The notes under the pieces are model-generated. The model did no database searches. It had not been told where the DNA came from and was given only the letters and a program-made list of their open reading frames with translations. From the sequence record SRR20825010_3076: a stretch of DNA of 62,781 nt. One strand, 5' to 3'. Positions 10,653 through 20,500 of the stretch are shown piece by piece. The stretch's first letter is position 1, and each line of letters starts with the position of its first letter. The position numbers and the translations under genes were made by a program.

Positions 10653-12449
10653 ATGGCTGAAGCAAAGAAAAAAATCCGCATAGGCGACCTGCTGGTCCAG
10701 AACGACGTCATCACTGAGCAACAGTTGATGACCGCCTTGCGTGAGCAGAAAAATACCGGACGCAAGCTGGGCCGTACCCTGATCGATCTGGGCTATGTGG
10801 AAGAGGACAACCTCCTCAACATCCTGTCACGCCAACTGGATGTGCCATTCGTTCAGTTGCGCCACTTCCAGTTCAATAACGAGCTGGTCAAGAAGCTGCC
10901 GGAAGCCATGGCCCGCCGTTTCCGCAGCATCGTATTGGCGGAACAGAGCGGCGAATTGCTGGTAGGTATGGCCGACCCGCTCGACATCTTCGCCTACGAC
11001 GAACTGGTGCGGGTGCTGAAACAGCCGATCAAGCAGGCCGTTGTGCGGGAAAGCGAACTGCTGAATACCCTCGATCTGGTGTATCGCCGTACTGACGAAA
11101 TTGCCTCGCTGGCGGAAGAACTGGAAGACGAACTGGGCGACGACGCCTTTGACCTGGCGGACCTCAGCGCCGAGTCTGAAAGCGCGGAAGCACCTGTGGT
11201 AAAGCTTCTGCAGACGCTGTTTGAAGATGCCGTGCAGGCCCGCAGCTCCGACATTCACATTGAACCTGACGAGACCGTGGTACGTATTCGCCAACGGGTG
11301 GATGGCGTGCTGCAGGAACAGGTGATGAAGGAAAAGCGGGTTAACTCCGCTCTGGTGCTACGCCTTAAACTGATGGCTGGCCTGAACATTTCCGAGAAGC
11401 GGATTCCCCAGGATGGCCGCTTCAATATCCGCGTAAAGGGCCGCAGCATCGATGTGCGGGTTTCCACCATGCCGGTTCAGTACGGCGAGTCGGTGGTCAT
11501 GCGTTTGCTGGACCAGAGCCAGGGCATGCTGAATCTGGACGTCACCGGCATGCCGGAAACGCTGCTCGAAAACTTCCGCCGTATGATCAAGAAGCCCCAT
11601 GGCATGATCCTGGTCACCGGCCCGACCGGTAGCGGTAAGACCACAACCCTTTATGGCGCGCTAACCGAACTCAACCGTCCGGAAGTCAAAATCATCACCG
11701 CAGAAGACCCGGTGGAGTACCGGCTGCCGCGCATTACCCAGGTGCAGGTAAACCCGAAAATCGGCCTGGAATTCGCCAGTGTACTGCGCGCCGCGCTGCG
11801 CCAGGACCCGGACGTGATCCTGGTGGGCGAGATGCGGGACCATGAAACCGCCGAGATTGGCCTGCGTGCGGCGATGACCGGCCATCTGGTGCTCTCGACG
11901 CTGCACACCAACGACTCCATCAGCAGCGCCATGCGACTGATTGATATGGGCGTGGAGCCTTTCCTGGTGGCCAGTTCCCTGCTTGGCGTTGTTGCCCAGC
12001 GGCTGGTGCGCAAGGTTTGTGAGAACTGTCGCGAGGCCTACGAGCCCACCAGTCAGGAAAAAGTCTGGCTGAACCAGTTCGATCTTGATCCGCTCGACCT
12101 GGAGGCCGGGTTTGTACATGGTCGCGGTTGCTACCAGTGCAGCAACAGTGGTTACCGGGGGCGTCTGGGTGTGTACGAAATGCTGGAAATGAACGAGGCG
12201 ATGCTGGACGCACTGCGCCGCCAGGACATCGCCGGTTTCACCCGGGAAGCGCGCAGGAGCCACCTTTACCGGCCGCTTGGTCTTTGTGCCATGGATTTTG
12301 CACTGCAGGGCGTGACCACTCTGGAAGAAGTGGCCCGGGTGGCGGCGACCTCTGAGGGCGACGTGTCCCTGGATGAGGTGCCGGTGCTCTCTCAATCCTC
12401 TGGTGATAGCGGCGCCGACAACCCTGCTCCCAATGAGGGAGGTGTCTGA
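10653..12449 (+). CDS. mshE: MshE pilus assembly ATPase with N-terminal MshEN domain
   Basis: GPTGSGKTTT, EDPVE, LRQDPDVILVGEMRD, STLHTND, Cys4 zinc motif; tandem RLG-type motifs at the N-terminus. Confidence 0.97.
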   Translation: MAEAKKKIRIGDLLVQNDVITEQQLMTALREQKNTGRKLGRTLIDLGYVEEDNLLNILSRQLDVPFVQLRHFQFNNELVKKLPEAMARRFRSIVLAEQSGELLVGMADPLDIFAYDELVRVLKQPIKQAVVRESELLNTLDLVYRRTDEIASLAEELEDELGDDAFDLADLSAESESAEAPVVKLLQTLFEDAVQARSSDIHIEPDETVVRIRQRVDGVLQEQVMKEKRVNSALVLRLKLMAGLNISEKRIPQDGRFNIRVKGRSIDVRVSTMPVQYGESVVMRLLDQSQGMLNLDVTGMPETLLENFRRMIKKPHGMILVTGPTGSGKTTTLYGALTELNRPEVKIITAEDPVEYRLPRITQVQVNPKIGLEFASVLRAALRQDPDVILVGEMRDHETAEIGLRAAMTGHLVLSTLHTNDSISSAMRLIDMGVEPFLVASSLLGVVAQRLVRKVCENCREAYEPTSQEKVWLNQFDLDPLDLEAGFVHGRGCYQCSNSGYRGRLGVYEMLEMNEAMLDALRRQDIAGFTREARRSHLYRPLGLCAMDFALQGVTTLEEVARVAATSEGDVSLDEVPVLSQSSGDSGADNPAPNEGGV

Positions 12450-13678
12450 TGCAGTTTACGTACCGGGGTAAGGACAGCAGAGGAACCGTGCAACAGGGTG
12501 CGCTGGCTGCGCCGAGCCCCGAGGCGGCAGCGTCCGAACTCATGCGGCGGGGCATCACACCCCTGGCGATCCATGAGCAGGCACAAGGCGAATCCATCGG
12601 CGACCGGCTGAACAACTTGCCGCTGTTCCGCAAGAAGATCACCCTGGACGAACTGATCGTGTTCTGCCGTCAGATGCATGCGTTGACTAAGGCGGGCATC
12701 CCGTTGATACGAACCATGCGTGGCCTGGCGGACACGACGCGCTCGCCCGCGCTCAGCGAAGTGCTGGACGACGTAACGGATCGCCTTGAGGCCGGTTCCA
12801 CGATGGCTACCGCCATGCAGGCGCATCCCAAGGTGTTTCCGGATCTGTTTATCGCCATGATCCATGTGGGGGAGAACACCGGGCAATTGGACGACGCCTT
12901 CAAGCGGTTGTCTGAGATCCTCGAGCTGGAGCGGGACACCAAACGGCGCCTCAAGCAGGCCATGCGTTATCCCACCTTCGTGATGATTGCCCTGTTTGGG
13001 GCGCTGATGGTTGTGAACTTCCTGGTGATTCCGAAGTTTTCGGCGGTCTTCAGCAAACTGGGTGCCGACCTGCCATTCCTGACCCAGGTACTTGTTGGTA
13101 CCTCAAACTTCCTGTTGGGCTACTGGTACATCGTGTTGTTCGGTATGGCTGCAACGGCGCTTTTGGTGAGGCAGTGGAAAAACACCGACCAGGGACGCCT
13201 GACCTGGGACCGCTACAAACTGAAAATGCCTATTATCGGACCGCTGCTGGAGTTGATTACCCTAAGCCGGTTTGCCCGTAACTTCGCCAGTATGCTGTCT
13301 GCGGGTATGCCCGTGACCCATGCGTTGACCGTGGTTGCAGACGCCACGGATAACGCCTGGATATCCAAACACATCAAGGAGATGCGGATCGGTATCGAAC
13401 GCGGTGAAAGCCTGCTGCGGACAGCCCGGCAGAGCGATATGTTCACGCCGCTGATCTTGCAGATGATTGCGGTGGGTGAGGAAACCGGTTCGGTGGACGA
13501 CATGCTCGTGAATGTGGCGGACTTTTACGATGAAGACGTGGACTACGGCCTCAAGCGGCTGGCGGAATCCATCGAACCGATACTGATCGTGGCCATGGGT
13601 ATCCTGGTTCTCATTCTTGCACTGGGCGTGTTTCTGCCCATATGGGACCTGGGAGCGGCCGCCATGGGGCGTGGGTGA
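12449..13678 (+). CDS. mshG: MshG inner-membrane platform protein (GspF/PilC family)
   Basis: GENTGQLD, YP.FV, GEETGSVD, IEP and FLPIWDL motifs. Confidence 0.95.
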   Translation: MQFTYRGKDSRGTVQQGALAAPSPEAAASELMRRGITPLAIHEQAQGESIGDRLNNLPLFRKKITLDELIVFCRQMHALTKAGIPLIRTMRGLADTTRSPALSEVLDDVTDRLEAGSTMATAMQAHPKVFPDLFIAMIHVGENTGQLDDAFKRLSEILELERDTKRRLKQAMRYPTFVMIALFGALMVVNFLVIPKFSAVFSKLGADLPFLTQVLVGTSNFLLGYWYIVLFGMAATALLVRQWKNTDQGRLTWDRYKLKMPIIGPLLELITLSRFARNFASMLSAGMPVTHALTVVADATDNAWISKHIKEMRIGIERGESLLRTARQSDMFTPLILQMIAVGEETGSVDDMLVNVADFYDEDVDYGLKRLAESIEPILIVAMGILVLILALGVFLPIWDLGAAAMGRG

Positions 13679-14260
13679 ATGACCGGCCAGAAGTATTCGG
13701 CGATGTCGGTGCTGACCAATTCACATCGCCTGAGGTTTCTGGTGGCCCTGTGCATCCTTTTTACCCTCTGGTGGGTATTACTGGGAGTTGTAGAGCGGGA
13801 AGCCGGCAGGGCGGAACAAGAAGGTACACGGCTGATGATCAACCAGATCAGAAGTGTGCTGGTCGTAAAAGGGGCGGAGATTCGCCTGCAGGAAGGGGCC
13901 GACTTCAGGGCCTGGTCGGGCGGAAACCCTTTCGAATGGTTTGGATCAGAACCGGCCCGGTATGATGGGGTTTGTCATGACGGGCTGCCGGAGCCCGGCA
14001 GGTGGTGTTTCAAGCCGTTACAAACCGGCGATAAAGGCTACAAAAAAGACACGGCAGGCGCGCAGGGACAGGTTATATTTCAACCACGCCAGCCGATAAC
14101 CCTTGGAGACAGGCAGGGAAGCGGCGACACACCCATGGCCTGGGTTGTGGCGGTCGAGTTCACGGACAGGAACGGCAACGGACGCCTTGATGGACAGGAT
14201 CTCCAGTCCGGGCTGAGATTGCAGCCGGTGGAGACGCAAAACGATCGTGCCGAACATTGA
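13679..14260 (+). CDS. Hypothetical single-TM protein in the mshF position
   Basis: Abuts mshG; N-terminal TM segment, NPFEW motif, Cys pair, DxNxNG loop. Confidence 0.65.
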   Translation: MTGQKYSAMSVLTNSHRLRFLVALCILFTLWWVLLGVVEREAGRAEQEGTRLMINQIRSVLVVKGAEIRLQEGADFRAWSGGNPFEWFGSEPARYDGVCHDGLPEPGRWCFKPLQTGDKGYKKDTAGAQGQVIFQPRQPITLGDRQGSGDTPMAWVVAVEFTDRNGNGRLDGQDLQSGLRLQPVETQNDRAEH

Positions 14261-14285
14261 TAACAAGCCTCAGGGAGGCCACGCT

Positions 14286-14804
14286 ATGAGGGCAATGACA
14301 CTAAAATCGCGCCAGACAAAGGGGTTTACCCTGATTGAGCTGGTGGTGGTGATCTCCATACTCGCCATTCTTGCAGCCTTTGCGTTGCCAAGGTTCGCCG
14401 AACTGTCGGACGAGGCCCACCGGGCAAGCATCCAGGGCACCTCGGGCGCCTACGCCGCTGCTGTTGCACTGGTTCGTGCCCAGTGGACCGCCCGTGGCGC
14501 CGCTGGCGCACAAACTAATCTGCCCGGCTTTGGCGAGGAAAACGTCGACGTGAGTGCTGACGGTTGGCCAACGGGCGTAGGTGGCAACACCGACCCGACC
14601 GCCATGAGTGCCACAGAGTGCCAAAACCTCTGGCTGGCCCTGATGCAGTCAAACGCGCCGACCGTGGCAACCTCCGGCGACACAACGGATTACACAGTAA
14701 CCGCAAGCGGGTCCGTTTGTACCTACGAGTACAACCTCAATGGTGGCACAGACAACATTCAATACGACGCCGACAGCGGCGAAGTAATTCGGGTTATCAA
14801 TTAA
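14286..14804 (+). CDS. mshB: MSHA minor pilin MshB-like
   Basis: Prepilin site KG|FTLIEL; GGAGG Shine-Dalgarno before ATG 14286; lies directly upstream of the major pilin. Confidence 0.8.
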   Translation: MRAMTLKSRQTKGFTLIELVVVISILAILAAFALPRFAELSDEAHRASIQGTSGAYAAAVALVRAQWTARGAAGAQTNLPGFGEENVDVSADGWPTGVGGNTDPTAMSATECQNLWLALMQSNAPTVATSGDTTDYTVTASGSVCTYEYNLNGGTDNIQYDADSGEVIRVIN

Positions 14805-14837
14805 TCCATTTTAAAGCAGCAAAAGCAGGAGAAGACC

Positions 14838-15308
14838 ATGAATATGATGAACCAGATGGCCGCAAGAAAAGAGAAAGGTTTCACCCTTATTGAACTGGTA
14901 ATGGTGATTGTAATTCTGGGTATTTTGGCGGCGTTTGCGTTGCCTAGGTTTGCGGATTTGGGGAGTGACGCAAGGAGGGCGACATTGGAAGGTGCGCAGG
15001 GCAGTGTGAAATCTGCTGCGGCCATTGCTCATTCAAAATGGCTTGCTCAGGGCAGTACAGGCAGCGTCGAGTTGGAAGGGTCGACAACTGTGACCATGTC
15101 TCCAGAAGGATATCCGACATCGGATGCGGCTGGTATTGGCGCTGCAGCACAATTGTCAACCGAAGACTATACGTTGACAGACGGCACTGACGTGGCGGCC
15201 GATCCTGCGACAGTTTCTCCTGTCGGGGCAACCACCGCAGCTTCATGCATCTTCTCGTATGATCCGACGACCGGCCAGACGTCTGGCTTTGATGCGGACG
15301 GTTGTTAA
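14838..15308 (+). CDS. mshA: MSHA major pilin MshA
   Basis: KG|FTLIELVMVIVILGILAAFALPRF, strong AGGAG RBS, GYP motif, C-terminal Cys pair. Confidence 0.85.
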   Translation: MNMMNQMAARKEKGFTLIELVMVIVILGILAAFALPRFADLGSDARRATLEGAQGSVKSAAAIAHSKWLAQGSTGSVELEGSTTVTMSPEGYPTSDAAGIGAAAQLSTEDYTLTDGTDVAADPATVSPVGATTAASCIFSYDPTTGQTSGFDADGC

Positions 15309-15336
15309 CTACAGACGTTGTTTAGACACGCATCAT

Positions 15337-15367
15337 AGGTCGGATTACGCTTTTACTAACCCGACCT
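15337..15367 (+). other. Intergenic stem-loop between mshA and mshC
   Basis: AGGTCGG-A-TTA ... TAA-C-CCGACCT inverted repeat with no U-tract. Confidence 0.5.
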
Positions 15368-15407
15368 GCGTGCTGCGCTGGGGATACGGGCAATCCGGGA
15401 GTGGGGC

Positions 15408-15854
15408 ATGAGAAAAAGAATCGCCCCGATGTCATCGGGGTTCACCCTTGTTGAGTTGGTCATGGTCATCATCCTGATCGGGGTTCTCTCCGCTCTGGGT
15501 GTTGGCCTGTTTGCCAGCCGCTCCGCCTTTTCTCCCTTGTTGGCTACCCAACAACTTGCCTCTGCAACTCTGCTTGCCCAACAAGCAGCGTTGGCAGGCA
15601 ACTCTTCTAACAGTCTGACCATTTCACAGAGTGCAGAGCACTTCCGGTTTACCGTCGGGGCGAGGACGTTTGAGCTGCCACGGGCGGAAACGTCTTTGTC
15701 TGTTGCTAGTGGCTTGCCACTGACGGTGACATTCGGAGCAGACGGTTCACCAGGGGCCGGGGCCAATATCGAGTTTGCCTTTACTGGCGACAGCACCTTT
15801 GAATCCTGCCTGAGTTCCCTCGGTGCGGTCTATCGCGGGAGATGTCAGCTGTGA
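15408..15854 (+). CDS. mshC: MSHA minor pilin MshC
   Basis: SG|FTLVEL prepilin motif and operon position. Confidence 0.8.
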   Translation: MRKRIAPMSSGFTLVELVMVIILIGVLSALGVGLFASRSAFSPLLATQQLASATLLAQQAALAGNSSNSLTISQSAEHFRFTVGARTFELPRAETSLSVASGLPLTVTFGADGSPGAGANIEFAFTGDSTFESCLSSLGAVYRGRCQL

Positions 15855-16354
15855 TGTCTGACCAGCGCGGTGCCACCCTGGTGGAGCTGGTGATGACCAT
15901 TGTCATTATCAGTGTGGCCATTGCCGGAGTGGTGGGAGCGTTCGCCCTTATCAGTGGTCGCAGCGCTGATCCCTTGAACCAGACCCGGGCCGTAGAGCTT
16001 GCACAGCTGTACATGGATGAAATCATTACCCGGAAGTACGACGACTCAGTGCCTCAGGGAGGTATGCCGAAATATTCAGGCGGCTGCAATATAGGAGCAG
16101 AACCTGGTGAAGAACGCGGTACCTACGATGACGTCGATGACTACAACGACTTGACGGGTAGCCCGCCGAAAAACGCCCGCGATAACGATGGTGAAGTTCT
16201 TGATGGCTATGCGGGCTTTTCAGTTTCAGTTTCGGTGGTTTGTGCTGGTGCTGATGTGGGACTCCCCGGTTCTGAGGCCAAAAGGGTCGATCTAACGGTT
16301 CTTGCTCCGGGAGGGCAATCGTTTTCATTTTCGGCCTACAGGGCAAATTTCTGA
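15842..16354 (+). CDS. mshD: MSHA minor pilin MshD
   Basis: RG|ATLVEL, RA.ELAQ.YMDEI, YDDVDDY, terminal YRANF. Confidence 0.88.
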   Translation: MSAVMSDQRGATLVELVMTIVIISVAIAGVVGAFALISGRSADPLNQTRAVELAQLYMDEIITRKYDDSVPQGGMPKYSGGCNIGAEPGEERGTYDDVDDYNDLTGSPPKNARDNDGEVLDGYAGFSVSVSVVCAGADVGLPGSEAKRVDLTVLAPGGQSFSFSAYRANF

Positions 16355-17133
16355 TGAGGCGTGTGGCAGGGTTTACCCTTGTGGAGCTGGTCATCGTGAT
16401 CGTTCTGCTCGCTATTGTTGCTACGATTTCGGTGCAGTTTGTAGCACTCTCCACCCGTGGTGCCATTGATGTGGGATCTCGTCAGCAGCGGGCGCTTACT
16501 GGCGTGGTTGTCAGCGAGCATATCAGCCGGGGGCTGAGGGAAGCCCTGCCGACTTCGGTTCGGACCAATTCGAGCGGCTCCTGTATTGAATGGATGCCGA
16601 TCATTGCTGCGTCGAACTACGAGAATTTGCCCGGCGGGCCGACTCCTGATTCGTTTGAAGCGGTGCCGCTTCCGGATGGAGGTTCCGCAAGGGGCCGGGT
16701 TGTGGTCTATGGATACGGCAGTAATCTCTACGATGTGACCAATCCCGGCCCGGTGTCGCCGTTGGCGACTATGCCTGCCGGTGCTTCACCGGTGACGGTC
16801 ACTCTGGACTCGCCCCATCGTTTTTCCGCTAAATCGCCTGAGAAGCGATTTTATGTTGTTGGTGACCCGGTAGCACTCTGCCAGTCTGGCCGCTGGCTAT
16901 ACCGATACAGAAACTACGGTATCAACGAGCCGGTGGCGTCCGGCTTGCCAATCGCGTATCCGGGGCGCGAGGTCCTGGCAGCAAACCTTGAGGCGGCATC
17001 ACTGTTGTTTGAGGTTACGCCCCCTACCTTGCAGCGTGGTGCGGTAGTGTCCTTCCGTCTGGTGCTGGAAGATACTGGAACCGGAGAGTCCACCGCCATC
17101 AGTCAGGAGGTACAGATCCGCAATGTTCCCTGA
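16354..17133 (+). CDS. mshO: MSHA minor pilin MshO
   Basis: AG|FTLVEL, LREALP.SVR, terminal VQIRNVP. Confidence 0.88.
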   Translation: MRRVAGFTLVELVIVIVLLAIVATISVQFVALSTRGAIDVGSRQQRALTGVVVSEHISRGLREALPTSVRTNSSGSCIEWMPIIAASNYENLPGGPTPDSFEAVPLPDGGSARGRVVVYGYGSNLYDVTNPGPVSPLATMPAGASPVTVTLDSPHRFSAKSPEKRFYVVGDPVALCQSGRWLYRYRNYGINEPVASGLPIAYPGREVLAANLEAASLLFEVTPPTLQRGAVVSFRLVLEDTGTGESTAISQEVQIRNVP

Positions 17134-17536
17134 CAGATCTCGACATCATCAGGCTGGTGCAGGCCTGCCCGTTGCCCTCTTTGTTATCACCGTGCTGTCG
17201 CTGCTGGTTTTGGGCATGTCTCAGATGCAGCAGATCAGCGGTGAGTCAGTCAGCCTGCAGATTCAGTCACAGCGGGCATTCTTTGCGGCTGAGAGCGGTG
17301 CGCAGGTCGCGGTTCGTGACGTGCTCGAGGCCTCCGACTGCGCTGGGCTGAACAGCCCACTGGTTTTTAATGATGCAGTCGGACTGCAAAGCTGTCGTTC
17401 CCGCATGACCTGCGAGTCGGTAACGGCCAATATTGGCGGTTCCGGTGGCAACACGGTGTATACCATAACCAGTACCGGGCAATGCGGTGCTGGGCCGGAT
17501 GAATCAACCAGGGTGGTAGAGGTGCGTGTACGATGA
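17123..17536 (+). CDS. mshP: MSHA protein MshP (PilX-like)
   Basis: GAGLPVALFVI, RAFFAAESG motif. Confidence 0.85.
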   Translation: MFPDRSRHHQAGAGLPVALFVITVLSLLVLGMSQMQQISGESVSLQIQSQRAFFAAESGAQVAVRDVLEASDCAGLNSPLVFNDAVGLQSCRSRMTCESVTANIGGSGGNTVYTITSTGQCGAGPDESTRVVEVRVR

Positions 17537-20500
17537 TGTCTGTTCTGCGCGAGTTACCACGGATCGTGGTTATTGTTCTGTGTTCGATGATTGCTCCATT
17601 GGCGTATGCGGCACAATGTAGCGATGTGTTCAGTCAACCGGATGGTGTCAATGACAACCTGCAGGCATCGGGAAACACCCTTGACCTTACCGGTGTGAAC
17701 TGGGCCAACGGAACCTGGCCTCCCTCAGGAGTTCCCCAATTGGGAGGTGAGGAATATGTCTCCTCTCAGCCAGGACCTAGCTATGAGCTTGTGCTTCAGC
17801 CCGGGGCGCAAAAGGTCATATTCGTCAACGGCAACCTGACAATTGATCGCGGCACTCGGTTGAACGAATCCGGCTCTCCGGACCAACTGCTTATTGTTGT
17901 GCGCGGAAGCCTCAGCATTGCAGGTGGCGGGAATAGTGCAAACAACCGGGTTGTGATTAATGGTCTGATATACGCAGCTGACTCGGCGTCGATTGGGAAC
18001 AACGTCTACATCGACGGTGCTGTAGCCGCCGGAGGGGCGATTTCCACTGGAAACAGAGACGTAGAGTTTTCTGACTCTGACGTCAATACGGACCTGTTGG
18101 AAGGGCTGTGTGATTCAGGAGCAGCGGGGCCCGTGGATTTGTCGGCCAACGGTGAGTCAGTGGGCCCAGTGTCGATAGGCGTCGACGATAGCGTTTCGTT
18201 TTCTGCTGATGTGGCAGGTTGCCCTCCAGTGCCGACTCTCTCGACTCAGGACTGGCGTGAAACATGGTTGGTCGATGGACAGCAGGTGGCTCAGTCTGTA
18301 TCTGGATCATCCAGCTGCTCAAGGTCGCCGCTTATCCGGACAGATACGTTCGATACGGAAGGACAGTACGCGGTCCTGTTAACGGTTGAGTACCGGAACT
18401 GTTTTTTAGGCTTCTTTTGTGGTGGGTGGCAGGAGCATGGTGGCGACACGATCACTATGGATGTGAGCGACGACGATGCGCTCACCTGCTTCACTGATGA
18501 TTATCTTGATGGCAGCCTGTCTGCAGACGATTGGGTGACATCCGTGTCGAGAGGAAATTTCACGCCAAGTATTGTGAACGGTCGTCTTCGTATGACAGAA
18601 GCCCGTTCTAACCAGGCCACGGCTGCAACTATTCAGCGCGAGATTCCGGGTGCGGAAAATCTGGTGATCATTGAATTCGATTACTACGCCTATGGGGGAA
18701 ATGGCGCGGATGGTCTGGCAGTCGTACTTTCTGATGCGAGGGTGACGCCTCAGCCTGGAAGTTATGGCGGGTCCCTGGGGTACGCCCAGAGGAGTAATGG
18801 AGATCCGGGATTTGCCGGCGGGTGGCTTGGTATAGGTCTTGATGAGTTTGGTAATTTTTCTAACTCCAACGAAGGCCGTGTTGGAGGGGCGGGATTCAGA
18901 CGGGATGCAGTCGCCGTCAGGGGAGCAGAGCAGGGTGGGTACCGGTATTTGCGGGGAACCGGCAGTGTATCTCCGGGTATTGACCAGCCGGGAAACAATC
19001 CGTCTGCCCATCGTTACCGGGTCACCGTAGATTCACGTGTTTCCGGCGAGGCCCTGGTATCGGTGGAGCGTGATGTGTCCGGTACTGGTGACAATTACCA
19101 GATCCTTGTGGAAAGTTTTAATGCGCTGAACGAACCTGGGCAGCCCGCTGTGCCAGAAAATTTCCTGTTGTCGTTGACGGGCTCCACCGGCGGTTCTAAC
19201 AATATCCATGAACTGGACGGCTTCCAGTTGTGCGCCCTCAAGCTGAACCCGGTGGGCGCCCAGGTTGATCATTTTGAAATCCTTCATGATGGCGTGGCGC
19301 TGACCTGCCAGCCAGAAACGGTCACCATCCGCGCCTGTGCCACCGTCGGGTGTAACGACGACGAACTCTTTACCGACCCGGTTGAGGCAACGCTTGAGCC
19401 TACTGAAGGCTGGCAGGGAGGCAATCCCGTGACGATTGTTGGCGGGACGGGCGAGTTCGTATTGCAGAATACAGTCGCCGGTGAGGTCGTCCTCAATGTG
19501 GTGGGCTCGCAGCCATCAACTCGTCCTCAATCCGTAACGCTGTGTCGGCGCGGCAGCAGTCCTCTGTCTTCTGAAAACTGCAAGCTGGAGTTTTTTGAGT
19601 CAGGGCTGGTTTTTGATATTCCCGATCTGACATCCCACAAGCCTTCGGGCCCGGTGCAGGTTCAAGCCGTACGGCAGGACGATGCAAGCCAAGCGTGTGT
19701 TCCAGCGTTTGAAAACACTGAGCGGGAAGTCCATTTCTGGTCAACGTATGTGGATCCCGGCCCGGGAGGCCGTCCTGTTGATCGCCCCTTGTCGGTGAAC
19801 AACACGGATATCAGTGGGGACGAGAGTGCGCCTACACCTCTGAACCTCTCATTTGGTGATGACGGTATCGCCGAGATTGAAGTCAGCTACCCGGATGCGG
19901 GGCGTCTGGACCTCGGTGCCAGATATGACGGATCACCTGCGAATAACGACGAAGGCTTGTCGATGCCAGGCTCAGATGCCTTTGTCAGCACCCCGGCGGG
20001 GTTTTGTGTCAGTAGCGCAGGAGCGTGTGCGGCGGGCGATTCTTCTTGTGACGTATTCGTCAGGGCCGATGAGCCTTTTGATCTGTCGATCACCGCTGTT
20101 GGCTGGCAGAGCGACACTGACACCGATCTATGTGATGCAAACCCTGTTACTCCTAACTTCCGGATGTTGACGGTCCCCATTGCCTCGGAACTGGTTGCGC
20201 CCTCGGGTGGTGTCAATGGCACTGTGTCGCCCTCTAGCTATTCCCATTCCCGGTCATTGGATGCGACTGAAACGGTCAGCGTAAAGATGTCAGAGGTTGG
20301 CGTGTTCCGTTTTACAGCGACGCCGGTAACCGGTGGGTATCTTGGTAAAACGGTGCCTAAGGGCACCAGTGAACCTACGGGGCGTTTTTACCCCGATCGT
20401 TTTAACGTCACCATTGACGAAGGTGCACTGGGTGCTCATTGCGGTGCACCAACGCCTTTCAATTACACCGGGCAGGACATTTCATGGTTATTGGCGCCAA

